A DNA stretch of 12,359 nucleotides from an uncultured bacterium (GCA_965541585.1 CBEUCH010000031.1:1-12359), one strand, 5' to 3'; positions 1 through 7,600 are shown, counted from the stretch's first letter. Numbers and translations are program-made. Notes: a model not told the origin generated them from the letters alone.

Positions 1-3000
1 CGTCGCTGATAGCCAGCGTTGAGAATGGCCTCCGGGCGATTAGGGCCGACGAGGTCTGGGCCATGGGTTATACCGGCGCCGGACGGCTCGTCAGCCATCT
101 CGATACAGGCGTCGACGGTAATCACCCGGCGTTGAGCAATCGCTGGAGAGGTCTCGATTCCCGTTATGCCGACAATCCCGAATGGGCCTGGTTCGATCCC
201 GTAACTAATACCCAGTTTCCGTTTGATGCCGGTTCGCACGGAACTCATACCATGGGGACCATTTGTGGTCTTGGTGAGGGCACCGGCGATACCATTGGCG
301 TCGCTTTCGGTGCAGAGTGGATCTCCGCCGGTGTGATAGATAGAGTCTCGATTCCTCGCACAGTTGCAGATGCAATACTATCGTTTGAATGGATTGCAGA
401 TCCTGACGATGATCCCTCAACTGTCTGGGACGTTCCTGATTGCAACTCCAACTCCTGGGGTGTGGGGACCTTCCATGGCTACGAACATTGCGATCCGATA
501 TTCTGGGATGTTCTCGACGGTTGCGAGGCCGCCGGCGTATTCGTGGTCTTTGCAGCAGGTAATGAGGGACCCGGAGCGCGCACTTTAAGGAATCCTGCTA
601 CCAGGGCGTCAACCGATCTTCAAAGTTTTGCAATCGGTGCCCTCAATGGCAACGATCCTAACCTGCCGATTGCAGGTTTCTCGTCTCGCGGGCCAACGGA
701 GTGCACGCCCGACGAAACCGATACCATCAAGCCTGAGGTTTCGGCTCCCGGCGTAAATGTCAGAAGCTCCGTTCCCGGCGGCGGCTACGCCGGCGGCTGG
801 AGCGGGACTTCCATGGCCTGCCCGCACGTGGCCGGCGTTGTAGCGCTCATGAGAGAAGCCAATCCCAATCTTAGTACCGATCAGATAGGCGAGATCATGC
901 TGGAAACGGCTGCGGATCTCGGCCAGGAAGGCGAGGATAACGCTTACGGCATGGGTATCGTCGATGCCTACGAAGCCGTGACCATGGCCTTAGCCTATCT
1001 CGAGGGCTGGGGAACGTTGGCTGGCTATATTACTGACCAGGCCTCCGGAGATCCTATCCAGGGCGCTACTGTCAGCGTGATCGATCGTCCCTGGAGCGCC
1101 ACCTCCAATGGCATCGGTTATTACAGGGTTTTCATGCCTGCAGACACCCTCTGGGATATCAGGGTTGATAATTCACCGACCCACCTGCCTGTATTCGACC
1201 AGCAGATGGTTGCGGAAAGCGAAACTCTGTGGGTCGATTACGCACTTGAGGGTAAAGTTACCGTCACTCTCATGGCATCATTCGCCAACCCGGAGGATGC
1301 TTCATATCGAGCCTTCTATCTCAAGGGTAGCTGGGACAACGATGGCTTCTATGATGCCGGCTGGTCCGGTGATTACATTGCCGTCTATGACGATGGCGTG
1401 GCGCCGGATGAAACTGCTGAAGACGGTGTTTATACCGGTACCGTCATGCTCGCCCGCGATCAGGCTAATACCTATAGCTGGGCAATATACAGTGAGACTT
1501 ACGGCGACGAAGATGCCCGTCTCGATGACGGTGCCGATTTCGATATTCCCGATCTGAACCCGCCGGATGTGGCCACGTTGGTCGTCGATCCGTCCGGTTC
1601 CGATAACAACTGGGTCATCTCGGTGGAAGGCGATAACGGCCTCTCGCTCGATCTGGTGCAGGGCATCGATAACACCCCCACCAAATGGGGAGCGGCTGTG
1701 GCGCTGGATGAAGGAATCACCTATACATTCCGGTTCCATGTCATGCATTCCGACGTTGCCAGCTACGGCTCCGGCGGGATAGGCGGCGCTGATCTGTCAT
1801 ATACGCCGACGGTAGACGGTTCCTACGATTTCATATTCAATGACGCGGACGACAGCTACATAGTGCAGTTGACCGGCACGGAGGGTCCGCCTACATATCT
1901 TTCAGCTCAGTCCGGACTTGATGGACATATACCGGTTGGCTGGTTGCCTCCCGGCACCGTTGAATCACAGGAGATGGCATACGATGACGGCCAGTTGGAG
2001 AATGGCTACTACTACTTCGCCTATGAAAATCTGATGGCTACTATGTTCGTTCCTGAGAGCCATCCCGTTACGATTGACTCGGTCAAGGTTCACGTCCTGA
2101 CCGAGGGCGATCCGTTCTGGCCATGGCCGGACGGTACCCACGATCCCGTAGGCGTCTCGATTTTCCTGGATAACGGTTCAGGTTCCCCTGAAAACGATCC
2201 TGTTTTCTACGAAGAAGTCGTCTGCACTCCCGGAGAATGGATCAGGGTCGATGTTGATGAAATATTGGTGGCTCAGGGTAACTTCTGGGTTGCCATGAAC
2301 AATCTGGAGGGAGGCGGCGAGGATGGTATGGGCCTGGATGCCAATACCGATTATCCCGCCAACAAATGGGCTCGCGAAGACGGCGTTTGGGGTATGCAAA
2401 ATCTATATAACGGCGACCACATGATTCGAGCCATGGTCTTCGGTGGTGGAAGATTGGCCTGGATGGGTTACGATTCTTCACCCGCTGGGGAAGTTGCGGG
2501 CAATACCCCTGTGTTTACAAACCCTGAGGGGACAGCAGGTCTCTCTAGTCCAATCGGAGTCAAAGCCGCCACTGATATGCGGCAGCCGATCGAGCTGATG
2601 GCCTACCATCCAAACGTCTCGCCCACGCATCCGCCGGTGGGATTGGATATTCAGGTTCTGGCGGGGTACAACTTATATCGCGATACCTCTCCCGCACCTT
2701 ACGATCGGAGTTTGCAAATAAACGCTGAGCTAATCACCGAAACCAGCTATGATGATTGGGGCGACGATCCTTACGGCCCAATCGTCAATGGCATAACCTA
2801 TTACTACCAGGGGTCGGCCGTTTACGATATAGGCGGCGGCGAGTTTGTCGAGGTTGGGCCGTCAAATGAAGCAACAGGAATGGCCGAGAATCATCCTCCG
2901 GCCAATCCCCAAAATCTCGTTGGTTCTTCGCTCGCCGATACCGTGTATCTATCATGGGATACCAACACAGATTACGATATAGCTCAATACAGAATCTTCA

Positions 3001-6000
3001 GACGGGATTACGGCGAACAGGAATACAACCTGGTCGGAACTGTGGATCATCCGACGACGGACTACAGTGAGATTATCACGCTCGACGGGATCTACAGGTA
3101 CAGAGTAGCCGCCGTGGATGCCGAAGATATGCAATCTTCAGGTTATTCTAACCATGTCGATGTTGCTATTGGAGCCATTCCACCGCGGCAATTAACCGCC
3201 ACCACCGATCTGGAGTTCCAGATCAGGTGTGATTGGCGGCATCCGGGAGGACGGCCTCTGGTACCGAACATGACCGTGCTTGTCATAGCGGCCGACGACG
3301 CCAACATGTTCATGAGTGAGCTTGCCGGATTTGAAGACGTTGAGCAGGCCGATTATTTCGATGCCAGAAACGGCACGCCCTCCCTTGAACAGCTATCCGA
3401 CTATAACATAGTTGTCGTCTGGTCGAATTATCAGTTCAGCGATCCAGTGGGCATGGGGAATGTCCTGGCCGATTATGTCGATGAAGGCGGCGGTGTTGTT
3501 ATGCAGCAGTTCTCCTTCGGCGCCGGATGGAATATACAGGGCCGTCTCATGGATGAATATTCGCCCTTCAATGCGGGGCCAATTCAATACACGAACCATG
3601 ACATTGGCGATTACGATGCTTCTCACCCGATCATGGATGACGTCGGTCCCATAAATGGATTCTATATGTCCAGCGTCTCCATTGTAAATGATGGCGAGTG
3701 GGTGGCGTCCTGGGCTGACGGAACTCCGTTTGTCGCTTACAATCCGGAAGTTAATGTGGTTGGGGTCAACGGATACATCGGCGATGCCCGCCAGTTCACA
3801 GGCGATATGATCGTTCTGGTGCATAACGCCATGAACTATGCTCTCGGCGGCGCCGAAATAATACCGGACAACTACAGGCTATATAAGAGTGACGATCCCT
3901 CGGGACCGTTCAACGTTCTGGTCGAGTTGCCGGGGGATGTCAGGACCTATCTGGATACGCCCCTTCCCAATGACTTCGATTACTACTACTTCGTAACGGC
4001 GCTATATGCGGGGCCGGAGGAATCAGATCCCTCTAATGTTGCTAATGGCCGCGGTATGAACTACCCGCCGAACCCACCGGAAGATCTGGCGGCGGTGGTG
4101 GACAACCGCGACATAAACTTGACCTGGACTTTCGATGACTTCATTGGTGATTTTGATCACTTTAACATCTACAAGAAAATTGTGCCGGGTGGGGATTTCG
4201 AGCTCGACGGGTCATCGTTCGAGACCAGTTACGTAATAACGATTCCGGACGGCGAAGACGGTACCTACGCCGTCGTGGTAACGGCTGTCGACGATGGCGA
4301 TCCAGAGTTGGAGTCCGATTACTCCAATCAGGCTTTCGCCCCCGTCGGTAATCTGCCTCCTATCAATCTGAGGGCGACTTCCGATCAGGACGAGGTCGTT
4401 CCGCTTGATTGGAGTGAGCCCGGCTTAAGGCCCACCACGACCATCATATATGATGATGGAGTACTGGCTAACGGGTATTACTACTTTGCATACGAAAACA
4501 TAATGGCCAATCGATTCGTTGGCTCATCGCCGGTGGAGGTTGAAACTCTCTGGGTGCACGTGCTTACCGAGGGTGACGAGTACTGGCCGTGGCCGGACGG
4601 CAATCACGATCCAGTGGGTATCTCCTTATGGGATGACAACGGCTCCGGCATGCCCGGCGACCAGGTCTATTACACCGAGGTCGTATGCGTGCAGGGCGAG
4701 TGGATAATTGTCCCGATCGAAGGCGGCATTTCTCTCGACGGCCCTAACTTCTGGATCGGATTACAAAATCTCGAAGGCGGTGGCGAGGATGGAATGGGCA
4801 TCGATTCCTTTACCGACTTCCCGGAACATAAATGGGCCCTGGAATCAGGCGTCTGGGGGATGCAGGATCTCTACACCGGCGATCATATGATCCGGGCCAC
4901 CATCATAGATAGTGGTCGACGGCTGCTGCTCAGTGAAAATGCGCCAACCGTGAAGCTTGCATTGCAGGCGGAAACCGGTGAGATTGCCGGTTCCGCAGTT
5001 CTACCGCAAGTAGCGTTGGGAGCCGCGGATGTCAAGAGCGATGCAGTTCCGTTATCGGTCTCCGGGGCAAAGACAGCGTCACTGGCGCTTTTCTCCGGGG
5101 ACGGCATTTCTGAGACGCTCGATATCCTCACATTGTTGGGCTATAACGTGTATCGCTCGGAAACGGCCGGCGTTCCCACTGATCCGGAACATCTGGTGAA
5201 TGATGATTATGTCACCGATTCTGCTTATGATGATACCACGGTGGTCAACGGCACGACCTACTACTACGTGGTAACGGCCGTATACGACAATGAAGGTGAG
5301 ATTGAAGAATCGCCGCCTTCCAACGAGGTTGACGCCACTCCGCTTATGGGTGCCATGATGGTTCTCGATCCGACTTCGTTCACGGTTTCAGGGGCCCCTG
5401 GCGAGATCGTCACAGAGAACCTCAATATTGCTAATCCCGGCGGTCTCGATCTTAGCTTTAGCATAGTGGCTGAAACTGATGACCGCAGGCGTTCGAATCC
5501 TGGTGGAGACATCCCCGATTGGACTTTCGAAGCCAGATTCGCCAGTTACTCCGGTGAATTCGATAAATCCGAGGACTCGGACGAGGGAACCAATCCACCC
5601 GTCATTCTCGATAGAGGAGGTCCGGACGAGTTCGGATACATCTGGGTCGATTCCGATGAACCCGGTGGACCGGCATACCAATGGGCCGACATTGTTGATC
5701 GCGGAAATCAGCTCTATATGTCCGATGACGATAACCAGGGACCCTTCCAGCTTGACTTTAATTTCCCATTCTATGGCAATATGTTCAGCAGCTTCAGGGT
5801 CTGTTCCAACGGTTGGATCTCGTTTACCAGCACCAATGGGAACTACTTTAATGAGCCGATTCCGGATCCTAATGTAATGGAAAACCTGATAGCGCCCTTC
5901 TGGGATGATTTCAATCCATCCGTGGGTGGCGAAGTCTGGGTCTATACAAATCAGGATTCCGCGGTCGTTTCCTGGATAAATGTCCCGCATTATGGTAGCG

Positions 6001-6683
6001 GTGGACCGTATACCGTGCAGGTGGTTCTAACCTCATCAGGAAGGATATATTTTAATTATCTCGATATCAATTCTCCTGATAATTCAGCCACAATCGGTAT
6101 CCAGAACGGCAATGGCACCATCGGTCTCCAGGTCGCTTTCGACCAGACGTATGTCCATAACGAACTCACTGTCATGATAACCACCGGCTGGCTCTCCGCT
6201 GAACCGAGTGCGGGTATAGTAGGAGCAGGCAGTGATATGGATGTCAATATCCTATTCGACGCCACCATCATGGACGAAGGCACTTACACCGGCCAGTTGA
6301 TAGTCACGGGTTACGATATCAACCACATGGTCGATGAGATCATCATTCCCTGCATCTTTATCGTCAGTCGGACGGCAGTCGATGGAGAGGAGATCGATCT
6401 TCCGACGGAATTCGCTCTCTCGCAGAACTATCCGAATCCGTTCAATCCTGCCACCGAGATCAAATTCGCGCTTCCTGAAAACGCGCATGTGAAGATCGAA
6501 ATCTTCAATGTGCTCGGGCAGAAGGTGCGGACGCTGGTCGATACCGATATGGATGCCGGATATCAATCCGTAACTTGGAACGGTACTGACGGTAGCGGAC
6601 AGAGCGTTTCTACCGGAGTGTACCTGTACAGGATGCAGGCCGGAGATAAGATGTTCACCAAGAAGATGTTGATGCTGAAGTAA
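1..6683 (+). CDS. Giant multidomain S8 (subtilisin/bacillopeptidase F-like) serine peptidase with CarboxypepD_reg-like, FN3, GATase-like, NIDO-like and C-terminal FlgD-Ig/T9SS type A-like domains; 5'-truncated
   Basis: Frame is open from nt 3 (SLIASVENGLRAIRADEVWA) into the ORF-track Met at 63, so the true start, signal peptide and propeptide lie upstream of the window. Intact triad: DTG (Asp 102-104), HGTHTMG (His 237-239), GTSMACP (Ser 810-812), plus oxyanion AAGNEG (Asn 561-563). WRG..WFDPV and NSWG motifs are typical of Bpr-like S8. Stop TAA 6681-6683. Confidence 0.95.
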   Translation, partial: SLIASVENGLRAIRADEVWAMGYTGAGRLVSHLDTGVDGNHPALSNRWRGLDSRYADNPEWAWFDPVTNTQFPFDAGSHGTHTMGTICGLGEGTGDTIGVAFGAEWISAGVIDRVSIPRTVADAILSFEWIADPDDDPSTVWDVPDCNSNSWGVGTFHGYEHCDPIFWDVLDGCEAAGVFVVFAAGNEGPGARTLRNPATRASTDLQSFAIGALNGNDPNLPIAGFSSRGPTECTPDETDTIKPEVSAPGVNVRSSVPGGGYAGGWSGTSMACPHVAGVVALMREANPNLSTDQIGEIMLETAADLGQEGEDNAYGMGIVDAYEAVTMALAYLEGWGTLAGYITDQASGDPIQGATVSVIDRPWSATSNGIGYYRVFMPADTLWDIRVDNSPTHLPVFDQQMVAESETLWVDYALEGKVTVTLMASFANPEDASYRAFYLKGSWDNDGFYDAGWSGDYIAVYDDGVAPDETAEDGVYTGTVMLARDQANTYSWAIYSETYGDEDARLDDGADFDIPDLNPPDVATLVVDPSGSDNNWVISVEGDNGLSLDLVQGIDNTPTKWGAAVALDEGITYTFRFHVMHSDVASYGSGGIGGADLSYTPTVDGSYDFIFNDADDSYIVQLTGTEGPPTYLSAQSGLDGHIPVGWLPPGTVESQEMAYDDGQLENGYYYFAYENLMATMFVPESHPVTIDSVKVHVLTEGDPFWPWPDGTHDPVGVSIFLDNGSGSPENDPVFYEEVVCTPGEWIRVDVDEILVAQGNFWVAMNNLEGGGEDGMGLDANTDYPANKWAREDGVWGMQNLYNGDHMIRAMVFGGGRLAWMGYDSSPAGEVAGNTPVFTNPEGTAGLSSPIGVKAATDMRQPIELMAYHPNVSPTHPPVGLDIQVLAGYNLYRDTSPAPYDRSLQINAELITETSYDDWGDDPYGPIVNGITYYYQGSAVYDIGGGEFVEVGPSNEATGMAENHPPANPQNLVGSSLADTVYLSWDTNTDYDIAQYRIFRRDYGEQEYNLVGTVDHPTTDYSEIITLDGIYRYRVAAVDAEDMQSSGYSNHVDVAIGAIPPRQLTATTDLEFQIRCDWRHPGGRPLVPNMTVLVIAADDANMFMSELAGFEDVEQADYFDARNGTPSLEQLSDYNIVVVWSNYQFSDPVGMGNVLADYVDEGGGVVMQQFSFGAGWNIQGRLMDEYSPFNAGPIQYTNHDIGDYDASHPIMDDVGPINGFYMSSVSIVNDGEWVASWADGTPFVAYNPEVNVVGVNGYIGDARQFTGDMIVLVHNAMNYALGGAEIIPDNYRLYKSDDPSGPFNVLVELPGDVRTYLDTPLPNDFDYYYFVTALYAGPEESDPSNVANGRGMNYPPNPPEDLAAVVDNRDINLTWTFDDFIGDFDHFNIYKKIVPGGDFELDGSSFETSYVITIPDGEDGTYAVVVTAVDDGDPELESDYSNQAFAPVGNLPPINLRATSDQDEVVPLDWSEPGLRPTTTIIYDDGVLANGYYYFAYENIMANRFVGSSPVEVETLWVHVLTEGDEYWPWPDGNHDPVGISLWDDNGSGMPGDQVYYTEVVCVQGEWIIVPIEGGISLDGPNFWIGLQNLEGGGEDGMGIDSFTDFPEHKWALESGVWGMQDLYTGDHMIRATIIDSGRRLLLSENAPTVKLALQAETGEIAGSAVLPQVALGAADVKSDAVPLSVSGAKTASLALFSGDGISETLDILTLLGYNVYRSETAGVPTDPEHLVNDDYVTDSAYDDTTVVNGTTYYYVVTAVYDNEGEIEESPPSNEVDATPLMGAMMVLDPTSFTVSGAPGEIVTENLNIANPGGLDLSFSIVAETDDRRRSNPGGDIPDWTFEARFASYSGEFDKSEDSDEGTNPPVILDRGGPDEFGYIWVDSDEPGGPAYQWADIVDRGNQLYMSDDDNQGPFQLDFNFPFYGNMFSSFRVCSNGWISFTSTNGNYFNEPIPDPNVMENLIAPFWDDFNPSVGGEVWVYTNQDSAVVSWINVPHYGSGGPYTVQVVLTSSGRIYFNYLDINSPDNSATIGIQNGNGTIGLQVAFDQTYVHNELTVMITTGWLSAEPSAGIVGAGSDMDVNILFDATIMDEGTYTGQLIVTGYDINHMVDEIIIPCIFIVSRTAVDGEEIDLPTEFALSQNYPNPFNPATEIKFALPENAHVKIEIFNVLGQKVRTLVDTDMDAGYQSVTWNGTDGSGQSVSTGVYLYRMQAGDKMFTKKMLMLK
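1980..2432 (+). repeat. Internal domain duplication, copy 1 (~151 aa, YDDG...GDHMIRA)
   Basis: Shares NGYYYFAYEN, VHVLTEGD, WPWPDG.HDPVG, GEWI, NFW, NLEGGGEDGMG, GVWGMQ and GDHMIRA with 4449-4898. Confidence 0.9.
4449..4898 (+). repeat. Internal domain duplication, copy 2 (~150 aa, YDDG...GDHMIRA)
   Basis: Near-collinear protein repeat of 1980-2432; synonymous positions have diverged. Confidence 0.9.
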
Positions 6684-6706
6684 ACCTTAAATCAGAACGC
6701 TGATGC

Positions 6707-6739
6707 AATGCCCCCGCTCTCAGGAGCGGGGGCATTTTT
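6707..6739 (+). terminator. Rho-independent terminator after the S8 gene
   Basis: Perfect 13-bp stem AATGCCCCCGCTC / GAGCGGGGGCATT with a TCAG loop, running into TTTTT, 23 nt after the stop. Confidence 0.9.
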
Positions 6740-6974
6740 AATGTAGTTAAATTCAGCGATGATATGGGTAACTTGCTGCCATTGCGAACGAGGTTTCAGG
6801 CAATACAGATAATCTGAACGATCGTCGAATTTCGATGTGAAAGCCTGCCGAACGCCTCTGCATAGGTTGTGAAGCCTCATGCACAAAAAAAATCAGAAAG
6901 GTGGGGAACAACTGTTCTGCTTGATTGTAATTATACTGGAAGCAGGAGGGATGGTGAGGAGGAATATATGGGTC

Positions 6975-6987
6975 TAAAGAGTTGATT
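6975..6987 (-). promoter_or_regulatory. Putative IHF binding site
   Basis: TAAAGAGTTGATT; its reverse complement AATCAACTCTTTA matches WATCAANNNNTTR exactly and lies upstream of the sigma54-like motif. Confidence 0.4.
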
Positions 6988-7059
6988 CGCAAGAGGATAG
7001 GACGATTCTCCCCATATTCCTGATCTGTTGACAGGCGGTCGGCGAGGGCGACATCCGGC

Positions 7060-7075
7060 GGGCATGGCATTTGCT
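7060..7075 (+). promoter_or_regulatory. Putative sigma54 (-24/-12) promoter
   Basis: GGGCAT-GGCAT-TTGCT versus consensus TGGCAC-N5-TTGCW. GG at 7061-7062 and GC at 7073-7074 are exactly 10 nt apart. Predicted +1 is near 7086, about 30 nt before ATG 7117. Confidence 0.55.
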
Positions 7076-7102
7076 GGAATAGGCAGACGAACGTAAGTTT
7101 AC

Positions 7103-7109
7103 AAGGAGG
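7103..7109 (+). promoter_or_regulatory. Shine-Dalgarno site
   Basis: AAGGAGG, 7 nt before ATG 7117. Confidence 0.8.
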
Positions 7110-7116
7110 CAAGCAG

Positions 7117-7494
7117 ATGAAGTGCTTCTATCAAGGCCGACAGAGAGAGTCAGAGGGTATCACCGGCGGCAACGGTTTCGTGAGCTTTGCCATCCCGGAT
7201 ATAGGAATTACCTTTAGAGCGCAATTCAGCGGCACCAAGGATGAATGCGATTATGCGAGTCTCCTTGCACTTCTGGAGTTTGTGGAGTTAAACCCGCATC
7301 TCTTTAAAAACAAGCGGATCGAAGTATTCGGCGATAATTTCAAAATCATCAGCCAGGTCAATCAGAAAATCAGGCCGTCGAAGGAACTCGAGCCATATCT
7401 GAATATGGCGGTTGGATATAAGAGTAAAATACCGTTTATTCTGAAGTGGATTCCCGATTCTGAAAATCTGGCGCAGGATGGCATGCCCGCTTAG
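7117..7494 (+). CDS. RNase HI-fold (RVT_3/'reverse transcriptase-like') protein with degenerate active site
   Basis: Matches the archaeal/Ty3-type RNase HI pattern: T..E.DY.SLL..LE (cf. TNNxAEYxALxxGL), RIEVFGDN..II.QVN (cf. lev.gDSqlvv.qv.g), KWIP.SEN...D (cf. hvpReeNkxAD). Strong RBS and a downstream terminator. Confidence 0.8.
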   Translation: MKCFYQGRQRESEGITGGNGFVSFAIPDIGITFRAQFSGTKDECDYASLLALLEFVELNPHLFKNKRIEVFGDNFKIISQVNQKIRPSKELEPYLNMAVGYKSKIPFILKWIPDSENLAQDGMPA

Positions 7495-7517
7495 AGTGTA
7501 ATTGCTATGATAAAGGC

Positions 7518-7553
7518 GAAAAAGGGGTCGTGTCTGCTACCGGCCCCCTTTTC
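7518..7553 (+). terminator. Probable intrinsic terminator, possibly bidirectional
   Basis: GAAAAAGGGGTCG...CGGCCCCCTTTTC: imperfect GC stem flanked by an A-run and a T-run, 23 nt after the stop at 7494. Confidence 0.65.
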
Positions 7554-7571
7554 TATAAGCTGACATGTTCA

Positions 7572-7600
7572 TTGACAAAATACAAATCCGGCCTTATTTT
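7572..7600 (+). promoter_or_regulatory. Putative sigma70 promoter of the M14 gene
   Basis: TTGACA (7572-7577), 17-nt spacer, TATTTT (7595-7600). Confidence 0.6.

Noticed and set aside
63..65. ATG 63 as the start of the S8 gene
   Set aside because: Frame is open to the window edge with subtilase-like sequence upstream; no signal peptide or propeptide follows this Met.
1980..4898. Internal repeat pair as a DGR template/variable repeat or an assembly duplication
   Set aside because: Both copies are in-frame coding, and differences are mostly synonymous or conservative rather than adenine-specific; they are too diverged for an assembly artefact.
205..6566. Many 60-200 aa alternative-frame and antisense ORFs inside the S8 gene (e.g. 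5388-5990 -, 1302-1748 -, 3393-3824 -)
   Set aside because: Shadow ORFs of a long, codon-biased gene; no recognisable motifs.
6797..6847. Hammerhead-ribozyme-like CTGAACGA...stem...GAAA arrangement
   Set aside because: Core has an extra base relative to CUGANGA, the required U-H after stem III is missing (CAGGC is followed by AA), and stem I would consume the CUG.
7028..7033. TTGACA upstream of the RNase H-like gene as a sigma70 -35
   Set aside because: No plausible -10 at 16-18 nt (ACATCC region).
6692..7112. Minus-strand ORFs 6692-6886 and 6753-7112
   Set aside because: No recognisable protein features; they overlap the terminator and promoter-like elements of the + strand genes.
7117..7494. 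Retron, DGR or retroelement interpretation of the 'RT-like' gene
   Set aside because: Only an RNase H-fold is present. There is no RT polymerase domain (no YxDD), no TR/VR pair differing at adenines, and no integrase or terminal repeats in the window.
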